Positions 13,801-27,610 of a stretch of DNA of 64,000 bases are shown piece after piece; position 1 is the stretch's first letter, and every line of letters begins with the position of its first letter. Source of the DNA: Bugula neritina (taxonomy: Eukaryota; Animalia; Bryozoa); the NCBI GenBank assembly GCA_964035545.1, contig OZ037767.1, positions 3,545,680 to 3,609,679 on the forward strand, read 5' to 3'. The translations under genes and the position numbers were made by a program. The notes beneath the pieces were generated by a model. It worked only from the letters and a program-made list of their open reading frames with translations, was not told the DNA's origin and ran no database searches.

Positions 13801-14097
13801 AAATCAAACAATCTCAAATAAATCAAAATTCACCACCAGATTCTATTTTCGTGTAACCATAACAAATGAATAGATGAAAATTAACAAAATTCCAAAAGGG
13901 TTAGAATTCTATGACTCAATACCACTTCCTTTATCTTTTTGGCTAAACACTTCAAACTACCATAAAAATGTTGCCAGTTAAAACTTTGATTTATTTTGTA
14001 TGCAGACTTATAATAAAAGTGTATTTATTTTGTTTTACAGCAATGGAGCATGAGATGGAGTTCTGTAAGACACAAGAGCCGGTTCCTTAGTTCTTGA
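7807..14097 (+). CDS. Predicted secreted EGF-domain precursor (EGFR-ligand-like), ~276 aa, 3 exons
   Basis: Exons 7807-8492 (ct|gtgagt), 11895-11982 (ttag|a...tcg|gtaggt) and 14041-14097 (TGA; third exon less certain). Hydrophobic N-terminus, RTKR and RVKR furin-type sites, Thr-rich spacer. Spliced EGF domain CPAGYCRDGVCHFDYIRQSPTCL|CPIHKTGNRCE has 6 Cys. AATAAA at ~14497. Confidence 0.8.
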
Positions 14098-15333
14098 CGA
14101 TGCCTGAGGTCAAAAGATCAACAACCTTAAGCCAACTGGCTATGTCTTGTGGAGATGATAGCAATGCCTTAATTATTCTAGTCAAATAGGGCCAACAAAT
14201 CTTGTGCTTATTTGTAAATATTACTGTGGCTTTGCCCCAAAGTTCTTCAGCCTTTCAAGGAACGCTAACGTTCTAACATTTGGTCGACCAAAAGGCGAAA
14301 GTGTATGAGGAACTTGATTACAGAGTTTTGTGGTTGCGAGTTGCAATCATGGTCTATACCTACATCATATTGATAGTACAATCTGGTCTTTAAATCTCTA
14401 ATTATTATAATTCTGCTATTTTTCTGTTGAAAGGCATCAATTTTATGTTGTTTTTTATTTTGAGTAATTTACAATTAGATTTGAATTAAATGGTGCAATA
14501 AATTCAGAACAAATAAGCTCATACGTTTTGCAAAAACATATTTTGTTGTTGGAGCATGCACGCTACAGTATCCTAAGTATCACAAAGGTCAAGGTTTTGT
14601 TTGCTGATCACCATGGCAGCCATCAAGTGTTATTTCCTGTCGAGTATGAAAGTAAAACATGTTGGGCATGATGTGTATGTACAGTTAGTCTGGAACTACA
14701 GAAATACTTATATGTCAAAATCACTCAAACAGATAATACTTCAGTAAATATAATAATAGAATTCAAAATTTTATTGCATAACATAGAGCAGCACATTTCA
14801 AGCTCTACAATTTATGACTTGAAAAGAATTCAATTAATACATCTTAACACGATTAGGATACAAACTATCTAAGAATATTTACTGTGATTAATTAGGGACA
14901 ACAGGTACTGACTTTATGAAATGGTTAGACAATATAAACCTGTAGATGTGTGAAAGCATATTATGTCGATAAAATATTGTTTCAACCAACTGCCAATACA
15001 CACAGCTCAGCAAATTCATTTTGTAACGAACCCTTTGCAAAGTAGTTGCACAACATCAACAAGCTTGGTATATTAGTTTAATACCACTTTATTGAAAAGC
15101 TTTGCAGAGTGGCAATGGCATTTAAAGCTTGTTTTTAGGAATATTTCAACTTTAAAAAAAACTTTATTTCAGTTAATGTTGATATAAGCAGATATATTAG
15201 CTGAACTAAAAAAATAAGATGCATACCAACAACGTTACAACTGCGTTACATCAAATGTGTTCAAAATAAAGCACATAAGTATAGAGTGTAAAAAAAGAAT
15301 AAATAAGCTGTAAGCTGAACAGCATGAATACAT

Positions 15334-18300
15334 CTAGCCCATCTTTTTCTTAGTTGCCGTGTACCGCTCTTGATACTATAAAAAGAAACCGTGAGAAAAT
15401 TTCAGCTCTGGTTCAATCAAAATCTAATGAACAGATAATTAGGTTGAAGTGAAAGGATTTACAAACATATATTTTAAGCAGCTGGTCTATAAATAGAAAA
15501 GTCTGCTTAGCAGATTTTCTAATTAGATTAAAGTTGCAGTATGCTTCTATTGAAATATCAAGAAGTGCAGGAGTGAAGGCGCTGGTAAGCTAGGATAAAT
15601 ATATAATTTATGTTACATAAAGTAGCAGCTACACTTATACATGACCATACTACACTAGAATGTGATTAATTGATATGCAGATGCATTAATAACTGCAGCC
15701 TCAAGTCAATAGCTATAACCACAACATGCTTAAAACGTGTAGCATACTGTTTCACCTACACCTTAAAAGTTCAGCTCCTGTTAGAGAGACTGAAAGTGAA
15801 AGAGGCTTGCTAGCTGAAATCACTTATAGTATTTCTGCATTGTCATATACACGAAGTATTTAGTTAACGTAAAGGCTAATCCTGATGACGAAACTATAAA
15901 GCAATAATTTACCTCTTCGTATCCATCAAAGTGTGGAAAGTCCTTAGCAGGAAATAGGTTTCCATCAATGGCCAATAAAGCTATGTTTGACTGTTTGAGT
16001 ATTTTAGGGGTAATCATGGCCTTTTCTAAACAGTTCTCCTCTAACCGCAAGACCTTCAATCTCGGGCAATCGGCCACATCCTCCGACAACACCGATATCT
16101 AAATAGAACCACAGCTATGACTATAGCGCTGTTAGCATCAATAATAAGTAGCTACTTAGAATTATAAAAATTGAAATAATCTAGCATGCTATAAGTTATT
16201 AATTATTACCAAGACCAGTTTAATAAACCAGGCGCCAAAGAATTGATACCAAAATACAAAAATTTCAAGGTATTTGGCAAAGAAAGTTTTTCTAATATTT
16301 TTCTCATGGAGATAAGGCGTAGCCGCCAATGTCTCATGTTTTAAGTGCAGTGGAGAAATAGTGCCAATGTGTCTAATGAAGAGCTTGTTCAAATGTTATG
16401 CAACAGTTATTAGCATTACCAATTAGTAGACAAAAATAAATTTTAATAATTTTTTCATACATGTAATGCATTCTCTTTATTAGTGCCAATATCTAAAAAT
16501 GTCTATCCTCCATTGTTCTATTAGATATGCCATTACAGTTAGCAGGACCACGGTGATGAAAGGTAAATATTACAGTTAGCGGCGATGTAGTTTTGATCTC
16601 CTTCATGTACCCAAATTTTAGTTTGAAACTAGGATATGAAAATGCTGGCAATTTTACACAAAACTGACATCGAACATCAATTGCAAGCTACTCTTAAAGT
16701 TGACTTATAATACATAACAAGTACAAAAATAACAAATCTAACAAATAAAACAACTTAAAACGGTAAAAACCAATTACAGTTTTACTGATTTTCACTGATA
16801 TAAGAAGCTAAATTACTTTAAGACTGTGCTATTTTTAGACAAACACACTACTAAATTAATTAATGCTTTAGAAAGAGTCTTGTCAAGAAAATGCTTAAAG
16901 ATGCTATCTCAGACGAAATACTATAGAAACTGCAAGATGTGTAGTAACCAACGGTGACTGCAAACAGATCGTGTTATGCAACATCATACAAACAGGAAAT
17001 CTCGTCTCTATTTACTTTGGATTACATACAGATGATCATAACCGTTAAGAGTGACCTTGCATCAGCCAGTTTAATATTCACATGACATACATATGACTTG
17101 ACATTATTGTAAATGTTCATACGTAGCTACTACAATGACAATCAACATTACAAAACAAACAGTGTAACATTACCTCTAATTACGGCTACATCTATTTAAC
17201 TTTTTAAAATCTAAAGAAACTCATATTTGTTTGATAACAACGGGTCTGTTATCAACAAATATTTGGCCCAGTGCCAAATGTGATGTAACGAGGGTACGTT
17301 TGGATTAGTTTGGCTTGCTGCCACAACTTTTGCTATGGAAGAGTCTTTGAAATTTTACGTTTACCTGAAAAAGGAGGTAATGTTGGTCACGAAAACATTT
17401 TCAACTGTTGACAAACTTTTATATTGGCACTTACAGAAAATAAAAAGTCAAAAATATAATGAATCCTCTACGAAATTACATAACCAGCTCCAACCCCAGT
17501 CATGTTTCATCGTTTTCATACTTAAGGTGAAAAATAGCTTCTTTATTTCCAAAATCTCAGACAATTGCACATTCGAACCTTGATAATGGAATTTATTTCA
17601 AAAAGTCAGGTTTCCAAAACAATTTTAATTGTTTTTTAGAAATTTCTATACAATATCAAGCAAAAGATGTTGACGAGGTTGCAGAGCAAATGCTTTGTTT
17701 CAGCACTGAAATATAAGACAAAAACTCATTTCAAAAATTTTAATAAATCATGATACAGCAATGCACAGCTTATTGGTGGAATATTTTGAGAGCAATTACA
17801 ATGCAGAAAGAATAACAACCCACAAATTTGATTATTTGCCTCTTCAAATCTACATAGTTTTTAGAATAAATCTGGAAACATGAAACAAATATTTTGGCAC
17901 CTGATCAAGTTACATAATATGGAAGTAACAGGTAACAAAGGAGAAATTTAACATATTATGATTGAGCAACAGGTAAACACGCCACAAAGCAGCTTATGGT
18001 GGCAAGTAAGCAAATTCCTATAAGTAAAACCTGTAAGTTTTTTACTGCAACTAAAAAGTTTTCAAGACTAACTGTAAAATTAGAATGTGTATATATTTCT
18101 CCAAGTAAGTCAAATACAAGTATTAAAAAATAATTCCAGCCGAGAAATTCTCATCTGCCAGTGAATATTTTTGCTCTGGAATATCTTGAAACACTTTAGA
18201 AAAAGAAATTTGATAGTTCACCTGTTACTATTTGACTATGGTGTCTATGGTGAGAGTGCAAACAAACAATGACGAAGGTTGCCGAAAGTGTTAGCAAGGA

Positions 18301-21300
18301 TTAAAATCTTACACGACATAAAGAAGTACAAATTTGGGTAGGGTGCTAGTAATTTGTTAGGTAATGCAATATCTAGGCAAGGTACCAAAAAAACAGTGAT
18401 AATGATGAGATATTTTTATCTCTTAGACTAAAATGGAACCAGAAAACGTACTACAACGTTTAGGAAGTTTTGCAATGAATTTATAGCTTCAAGTAAATCC
18501 ATTTACACTCCCGTGGGTCAAAGTCAAAACAGCGGTACCAATAAGAGTAAAACAGGTCTTTAATTTAAGAAAAGCTGAAAAAAATTAGTGAAAATTTAAT
18601 GTTGCATAAATGTCATTAAGTTTTCAGTGGTTTTTGTATACATTTGAACTAATTTTTTTATAAATTTTCAAGAGGCAAAGTTTGCCAACATTCTTTTAAA
18701 TATTTAAAAATAAAATGTAAACATGGTGGGTAAAAACTGGTATTAAACCTTTACTGCATCAAAATTTAGTGGAGTGGACAATATTTACACAAGTTTGCTA
18801 TAACTAAATCTTCAGCCCAAACCTTTGATTTTACAAGAGCATGCACTTACCCCTTTTAATTAGTTAGAGACATTTATCTTTCTTCGGATGGAAATTGGAA
18901 ATCTCAAACATAATGTGCCTTAATGTTTTTATAGACAAAACATTTTATTTGAAGCACTGATAGTGGGGGACAACTTCGAATGATTGGAATGTTAGTTTTG
19001 AAAGTGTAAGAAGTTGAACCGAAATAGTTTCCTTTGTCACGCTTAACTTGGACTTTGCTTCAACTTTTTTAGCATAATAGACTTTAATTTTTAAGGAATT
19101 GACATTCAACAAAGCTCAGTACTAATTCAAACATTTTTTTAACCTATAAGATAAATAAAATTCACATAGAAAATGTAACTACACACAATATTGAAAACAA
19201 GAGTATTATTTTTCAGCCCCCAGCTCAGAATACATAGTGTTATATAACACTATGTATTTTGAGCAGGGAACTGAAAACTAACACTTTTGTCTTCAATATT
19301 GCGTGTAGTAACATGCTCTAAGTGAATTTTATTTATAGTGTTATATATTGTTATATAATGTTACATATTTTATATAACATTATATATTGGGAGCAGCCGT
19401 GGTCTAGGGGTTAGAGCGCTTGCCTAGTAAACACAAAGTCATGGGTTCCAGCCCAGACAAAGGCCATTGGTGTCGTTATGAAGAGCATCCAGTCATAATT
19501 GCTCCTGTGCTTCATCTTAATAAGTCTTTAGCCCAATTCAACAAAAACCCCTTCCATCAGGGGTTTCTCACAGAGATAGTGACTATAAACTTGCATGAGT
19601 TTTATTTTGGGTGATACATTGCTGGTGATGCCTATGATTGCATGTTGTTTAAAACAAAACCTTGGCGGATCAACTGAAGGTCATCTGGTCATCTATGGAA
19701 AACTGCCTAAAAGAATTTCCGAACATTTCAAAAGATACTTGGCAAGCGGTATTTTTTGTGAAGTAGTAAGACCTGATTGTTGTAGGTCTAAAGCTTAAAA
19801 TAATGAATGAATGTAACAAAAGTTTCAATAATTAGATATAATAGCCTGGGCCCAGGTGTGTTGCCTGCCCAGACAATGTGAAATAGGAAACTGTTAAAAG
19901 CTAAACTGGGCCATTATAATACTGTTGACACAATTTCTGTGTTAACAAAATGTAAACATATTTAGGGGCCACAGATAGGTTTAAAACAATAGGAAAAAAA
20001 ATGAGAAGTTTTAAAGGCAGACACTATCAGATGTAGTCTAATGGAAACAGAAGAGAAAAAGTTGGCCACAAGTTGGCTGGAGTTGAGAATAATCATTCTA
20101 CATGATTGCATGCCGAATGATGAATTATGGCATGATACAGCAGACGCTAGAGAGTGCCTGGCTCCGCCAACATGCTCAATGTTACGTAACTCCACGCTTT
20201 GGAATTCCTAAGAGTTGAGTCCCGCCCTCTACATTTCAAACATGGAAGACCTACTCTCATACGTCCTAGGAATTTGGCATTAGACAGCCTTTCAGCTAAC
20301 AAGCGGACAGCATTAATCTCGTTGCTGCTGCTGGCCAAATAGTCGGCAGGCAACATACTTTAAAATTCCCGTTCTTTCAGTCGATTTAGGTATTTTTAGC
20401 GCCAAAAACCTTCACTTTTAAAGCAGTATACCGGGACAACTTTTTATAAAACAATTTCAATAATGCACTGCTCTGTTCCAAGAATCTAACTGCTTACGGA
20501 AAAGAGTTGGGCTTCAGCGAGATGAAATTTATACAAAAATGCATCAATTAATAATTGTTAAAAAGTGATTAATAAATTTAAATAAGCCAATGTGTACTAA
20601 ATATTGCATCCATTACCTACTATTCACAACTTACAACTAAGCATACGCCAGCCTTAAACTGAGATTTCTCAATCTAACCTGATTTTGATTGAGATTAATT
20701 TCAATCGCTTGAATTTCACTGATTCCGTCTGGAACAGCTGTAATGCGATTGCACGACAAATCTATACTGTCCAAGGCTCGTAGAGAGTAAACAGCCGTAG
20801 GGAAGATGGAGAACTGATTCTGGGAGAGAACAAGAGTCTTGAGAGACTTCAGGTTAGTAATGGTTGATGGGAGACTAGAGAGTTGGTTGTCTGACACATT
20901 GAGGGTCTCCAGTTTCTTCAGCCCGCCTATCTCACTGGGTAAACCACCTGTCAAATATAACACACTTTAATCACAAGTCTGGCTTCTGGAAACCTTTTAA
21001 ATACAAATTCTTTATTGATTACGATTTGATCAGTTGATACTCTCAATAGTTCACAGTTAAGCTGCCGAAGTAAGAGAAGCTCGGGATATCCTGTTGTGAC
21101 ATCATCGTTGAAGAGAAGTAACTGGAATAGTGAAATTAGCATTAGAGCTCTGTGCATAGCCTGTGCTACACGGCTATTAATGGCACAGATATCTTAGTTC
21201 AAACAAAACTATATAAGACTCTGAAAATAAGCATCATGTGTATAATTAAAGAACTGATGTGTATATAAAGCTGTAGGTAAGTGTTCTAACACCGCTCTGA

Positions 21301-23655
21301 GTGAAGCAAATTGCCTTAACAGAGTTTACTGGCATCTTGTGTAGTCTGAGAAATTATATCCTTCATCTGTTAATTAGCCATTTTAGACTCTACTCTACAA
21401 ACTTTTTAGCGCTGCAATCCATTTTCTGGTTAGCAACATGTTAAGAAGCAATATGTTAATTCTCATGCACACACCGTTTACAAAGAGATACTGCAAGTAG
21501 TGAGAATACAAATATGCATTTTACAAGAAATGTAGCATTACTACCTAACAAATAAAAGCAATTAATATTTTCAAGCATTATTTATGCACAAATGTCAACA
21601 TTTTATAAACGAAAATGTGATGATTAGTCAAAACAAGTATTTCAGAAATGTTATCTGAGGTGACGAGAGTTGGGAGGCAGAAAAGACAATAAGGTACCAG
21701 AATAAACTTGGCGGTGAGCGACGACTCCGAAACCTCAGTGTAATATATTTAGCTGGTAGTAAGTGCAAGCCTAAGCCTAGAGCCACACGGCGCGTATTTT
21801 CGCATGCGAAAATTGAAACCACAAGTAGCAAAGGCGTCCACTGTAGCGTTAGTGATGCGTGATAAATAAAGCTTTCATTTTTAAATCGCACTCGCTTTCA
21901 ATAAAACGCAATTTACTGGAATTTAGCACTAAAATAAAGAAATTGGGCTCGCTTAATAACTACCAGCCAATTAGGTGACGACGACAGAGACAAGTGCGAA
22001 TGTTTTCTCAACGCGCACAGTGGACACCTTTGCTACTTGTGATTTCAATTTTCGCATGCGAAAATACGCACAGTGTGGCCCTAGGCTAATAGATCAAAAA
22101 TTGTTGTATTTCACAATGAACTACTCAAAGTTTAAAAAACCAACAACTTTTTAAAAAAATCCATCACCAACCCTTAAAACTATGAAAAAGGATTTGGAGA
22201 TATATTAGAGAGCAAATCTGCAGACCTTCTGCCAATTAGCACTCTTCTGCGTCAGTAGAAAGCTTAAAATCTACTCCTTCTAACCAGTGGGAAGATACAT
22301 GTACACTAAATAGTCTATGACAGAAGATGATGAAATGTCTAACAAATGCAATTAATTCCTTCAAGTGTGACATTTTTTACCAATTGTATTATATAGTCTA
22401 GTGTAAAAGTACTATGTACTGCAATGTCATAACATCATATTATATTATACACCTTACCCTCCCTGGCATAGAAATAATAAAAGCCATGCAAAAGCCTTGA
22501 AATCGAAACAACTTTGAAAACATACTGAGTCTGTTGGAGCTGATCTGTAGAGACTTGATCATAGTGAACTGGGAGATGGAGGAGGGAATTGTGGGTATCT
22601 TGTTCTCCGAGATATCCAGCATCCTGAGACTACCGGCTAAACCCTCCACTTCCGCAGGAAACTGAAGTGAGAAACAATAAACTGGACGTGCAATACAACT
22701 CTTCGTGCTTTAAACCAGAGAGTAAATTGATAGGCAAGAGAATGGCTTCCTTTGAAAAGTATTTCATCAGCTTATTTTACAGTGCAATGCTTATTGTACT
22801 GTATAATCCAGATTATGAAGTATACAAGTACTGCTGGGATACACACGCCATGTTCTTAACTCACACCTCAAGCAGTATGGCCTGATTCACAACCAGATTG
22901 GGGATTATGCCAACATCTCTTAAAGACCTGTAGAAGTAGTTGACAGGTAACAAAGAGTAAAATGTTGACTCTGTTATACTGCTACTTACACATGACACCT
23001 ACAGGACAATAACAAACTATGAATCATTCTCATTAATTTACCAAAATAAACAAAGAGATCCCACTTCCTGTGAGCTAAGACTCAAATTTCTCATCTAGTA
23101 CCACTGGGGGAATTGTCTTTCACCATTTTGTAAAGTAAATCTCAATAATATTTTCAAGTTAGAATATAATACGACTGTCTGAGGTGCTTTAGTCTCAATA
23201 GCCTAGGTCCCATAAAATTATTGCATAATATGGGGAGGGTAGGTGTGACAGCCCTGGTGTGTATATTTTAGATTACCGCAGCACATTGCACTCAACATTA
23301 TATTGCAATATCTCCTAAATTATATTACACTATGTACTGGTAGACCCTGACCAAGTAACTAATAAATATCCTTAAAATATATTTAAATTGTTTTCCTGCT
23401 TACTTTTACTATTCAATTCACATTTCAAAATGAAACTAATTGGAGCAGAGATTAATAAAGACAGGAAAGAAAACTCCTAATGATATAGCATATGTGAAAA
23501 GTGACTAGTGCACATGCAATACATGTTACTAAACCTTTGAGTTAAGCTCGTAGTGACGTCAATACTACCTCGTTTAAGTTGAGTTTAGCGAGTTGACAAG
23601 TGCCAGTCTTGCCAGCCATTTCCACATGCTTCTTCACTGTGTTGGCGTTACCCAT
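15334..23655 (-). CDS. LRRC57: Leucine-rich repeat-containing protein 57 homolog, 239 aa, 5 coding exons
   Basis: Minus-strand exons 23655-23569, 22661-22526, 20947-20679, 16098-15913, 15375-15334 total 720 nt with compatible phases. Protein MGNANTVKKHVEMAGKTG...LRRs...CPRLKVLRLEENCLE...YQERYTATKKKMG* matches the LRRC57 N- and C-terminal signatures as I recall them. Gly2 fits N-myristoylation. An acceptor at 23689-23691 implies a further upstream 5'UTR exon. Confidence 0.95.
19151..19336. repeat. 186-bp imperfect palindrome (foldback/MITE-like) in an LRRC57 intron
   Basis: Ends ATAAATAAAATTCAC...GTGAATTTTATTTAT. Perfect central palindrome TACATAGTGTTATATAACACTATGTA centred at 19243/19244. 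Confidence 0.9.
19389..19605 (+). mobile_element. tRNA-derived SINE, copy 1
   Basis: A-box-like TGGTCTAGGGG and B-box-like GGTTCCAGCCC; the body is shared with a reverse-complement copy at 56595-56808. Confidence 0.85.
21775..22086. mobile_element. MITE with ~70-bp terminal inverted repeats and TAA target-site duplication (PIF/Harbinger/Tourist-type)
   Basis: taa|GCCTAGAGCCACACGGCGCGTATTTTCGCATGCGAAAATTGAAACCACAAGTAGCAAAGG ... CCTTTGCTACTTGTGATTTCAATTTTCGCATGCGAAAATACGCACAGTGTGGCCCTAGGC|taa. A 3-bp TAA TSD is typical of PIF/Harbinger elements. Confidence 0.88.
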
Positions 23656-23894
23656 TTTAGGAAAAGAAAAATTATTTCGGGAGGTTGGCTACAACACAAG
23701 AAAGTGAGTGAAATTAGCAACACTTCCAGTAATAAAATATCCTGTATATAAAATAAGTATTATATGACAAGAACACATAATATGAGCATATGATGAAAAA
23801 GAGTTGAGTGGGAATGTAATCAATCACCAGGTACGGAATGAGTTGCCTCAGGATGTGAAAGTCCCATGACCTTGCTACTTTCCTAGCCATTTAA

Positions 23895-24046
23895 GTGCAG
23901 TAGTGGAGAAATTGAGATAGCCTAAGTTCTTTAAATTTCTTTATAGATTTTGGTTTGAGGCTCGGTTAAAATTTTTGAGAACATAACTTATTTTGCTACA
24001 TTTCTAATTTAGAACACAGGCTTTTTTAATTTCTCCATCACTGCAC
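23895..24046. mobile_element. ~150-bp MITE-like dispersed repeat, copy 1
   Basis: TIR-like ends GTGCAGTAGTGGAGAAATT...AATTTCTCCATCACTGCAC; near-full copy at 39804-39959 and a partial inverted copy at 39286-39410. Confidence 0.85.
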
Positions 24047-26789
24047 CGACCTCTTCCTAGCTTACCCAACACCCCGTGCACTCGGTTTCAAGACACAACA
24101 GTTGAAAAAATTAGTGTAAAAAGTTTCCAAACCAGGAAATTGTTTAGCTAACTACCCGCAACTCAATTGTACTATAGAACAGTTCTGTGGCTTGCCTGAG
24201 GCCTTGAAGACTGAGACCTGGGGTGAGATTGAGGAGTTGGCCTTCCACTTTCCGTGCCCTGCTTATTCCCCATCAATAACTCTCTCAGCCACCAAGTTTT
24301 ACAACTATATAAAAGAATAGTAACAAAATGGTAGCAAATAACTGGATATATTGAAACAACTAAGACCAATAACTAGTGACTTTTAACTAAATTTGAACTT
24401 TTGCCAGACGTAAAAGTATACCAGAATAAAGACCCCTTAATACAAAGTAGCACAAATAAGCAAAAGACATTCCAAACCTTATATCTTCTTCTTGCTTCCA
24501 CTTCTCAGCAAAAAGAATGTTTTAGCAGTGAGATTCCGTAGCCCACGCTGAGTCTGCTACAAAAAACAACTTTATTACAGTACAATAGTGGGTATTGGTA
24601 AACAGACTAACAACTGATTTAATATCAGGTTCAATGACATTGCTAATCCATAAATAGCTTCAATACATAACGTCACACCTTAAAACATTTCATCAGCAAA
24701 AATTTCAAATCTGGCTAATTAAAATGCATTTTTTTACTAAATTGAACCAAATGCACATTTTTGCATGCATTTTTTATCATTAAAACCACTTATACAACAC
24801 TATGCTTGTGATCGAAATTCAAATGAATCAACATAAAATCTGTGCAGCTGATAGCCAAATGCTTGTTATAGACTTGTGGGAGCCCCCCCCCCACCCGCTA
24901 TATCTATGGTGGACAAGAGAATTAAACATATACAATAGCTATACACCAGGATACACCCTGACATTCTCCACAATGTCATATCTAAATAATTCAGCCTTCC
25001 ATAATCTAACCAAGTGTCAAAAATCTCAATTCTACCAAATTAACTTGAATTTTTGGCTAATGAAGAGTGTTATAAAAATGCGGAAGTCATACTACAGCCA
25101 TTTTTAATCCCAGAAAACATACTGCAAAATACACCTGCACATCACGCCATAATTTAATTAAGCTCATTGATTTTAGCAGTTTACATAGTCGAGACGATAA
25201 CTCTAATTTTAAGCAACAATACACATTTAGGAGTTGTTTTTTCTAGCCTATAAATGCAGTGAGGGGTGATAACTCGAAATTAAAATCCTAATTTCTGCAT
25301 AGTGTATTAGTAGCAACAGTTTCAATTTATTTGGTATTGACTTAGATAGTGGACCCCCTGACCCATTATTAACATTTTCTGATGTGTTGCACTAGAAACT
25401 TTCCAACAGTCGAGAAAGTACTATTTAGAGTAATACAGCAATCATGTTGGCAACTTGTTCTATGAGTGTCATGTTTATCAGAGGAAATGCTAGATGAATC
25501 ATGTGATAAGAGTGCAGCCATGTAACTGAATAATGTAATTGCTAGTATGTACATGTAAACAGATGCCCCAGCTCAGTCCTGTATGCATAAAGCTGCGAAA
25601 TATGATAGAAAACCTTATATATCGGTCAAATAGTGACACAGAATCCTAATATAATGTTACCTACAGTAACTATTTTCAACAATTGCTTGTGGAATAATTA
25701 TTGGCAGCACAGCTAGAAATATAAGTTACTTGAATGTGTAAGCAAATATTATTGGTCGATAACTGAAAATGAGCCATTACTTTGATTACTTTAAATAGAA
25801 CTTGTAGATCAACACAACGAAATGGAGAAAGTTGGTCAGGCCAAAATGAAGACAGTTATTGTCGTATGAACAGACTGCTATGGCGACGATGATAACATGA
25901 TAATTAAAAAATAAAACCCCAAAGTTGTCATAGGCGAAACAGCTCAATACTTAAGAGGCATGCTCCACTGCATTCAACACAGTTGTGCAAAGGAACTACA
26001 ATGGCTGCACATAGCCGTTACGATTATAGTTTAACATATTATACTGGTAGTTATGACACACTATTTGAAGATATGAGACAATTTTTTCACACTATAATCA
26101 CTCAATTATAGTGCTTTAACATCTTAAAAATTATCAGCATACAGTCATAATTTACTTCACAATCAGATAACAATGTATTACAAATAAATATGCCAACACT
26201 CTATAACAAAAATTAACTATAAAATTGCATAGCAACAGTTAATTTCAACTAATCTAATAAAAACTTTACAGTATATATAATTACAACTACTCACAACATT
26301 ATTGGAAATATTTTAATGATAATTGGCATTACTGACAGCTTATTAAATATAATACAATCACAATAACAATGAATAAATGATAAATATTAATATCAAGTTT
26401 ACAGATAAAATACTAAGTATACGAATGCAATAGTGGAAAGGTACAATAATAAACACAACAGTGGCATTTATTTAATATATTGGCAATCATATTTATATTT
26501 GTATTACTATCCATAACTATTTTAGACTGATACTGTGAAGCCTAAAGTATAAAATAAACATACTAAAATTTCAGAACAGCATCAATACGATCATAACATT
26601 GGAGGTTCCGTACAGATACGCATACATGAGTTATAAAAGTGAAAAGAACACTACATTGAGCATAACCATTAGTATTAGTATTAAACAATATCATTATTAT
26701 TGCTCATCAGTAGGTATGATTTAACTGTCACTTTGAAGTTTGTAACTATTAGTAGTACCAGCATATTCGCGATAATACTCTCAACCATA

Positions 26790-27610
26790 ATGATATTATT
26801 TTATATCATTAAATTTAATACTAATAGTATAAGTATTATTACAATTTACCATAAGTAATTTATTGACTAGAATTAGTGACACTAACAATAATAGTAATAC
26901 TGTAACATCATTGCAATTAGTATTACTACCGCTGCTACTGCTACTGCTACTACTACTATTAGACTTGTTAGTAGTAGTAGCACTAGTAGTAGTAGTAGTA
27001 ATAATAATAGTAATACTAATACTAATAGTACTGTTAGCACACATTTTAGTTTTTTTTATCACAATTCCAGTTTAATTATCACTATGATTATCACCATGAT
27101 TACCGGTGAGAGTATCACTATCACTATGAAAACCTTTACGACTACGAATATGTAAGTGATACTGATTATGTTAATGTTACATTTTGAATTAGTTCTACTT
27201 TTAGTCCAACTCAAAAAAGTCAATTTGTATTTGAACTACTATAAGTATAATTATTAATAATGATTATTGCTGATAAGTTATACTAATACTGAGTCTGATG
27301 GCCATACTCAATTTCATAGACGTACTCAACGTCATCGTGATACTGATTTAAAATTAATTATTTAATTTGGTAAAATTCTATTTCAGTAATTGTACAACTA
27401 CTGATAGTGATACTCATAGTCATAGAGTGATAGTCATAGTGACTAAGTGATACTGATAGTGATAGTCATACTCATACTGATACTGATTCTCATACTGAGT
27501 CTGATACTCACATAACATATTTCGGTAAGCGCAATAGTAGACAATGCACTGAATATAGTTATACGATATTAAAAAATTAGGACAGATAGTGATACTAGAG
27601 TTCATGCTAT
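26790..27610. repeat. Low-complexity tri/hexanucleotide tracts (TAG/CTA, AGTGAT, TACTGA)
   Basis: Seen directly; accounts for the poly-L/V/T/S ORFs at 26796-27075 and 27420-27605. Confidence 0.85.

Noticed and set aside
18219-18536. Weak terminal inverted similarity (TTTGAC...ATGG / CCAT...GTCAAA)
   Set aside because: Too degenerate to call without alignment.
26796-27075. Hydrophobic TM-like ORFs on both strands
   Set aside because: Trinucleotide low-complexity artefacts.
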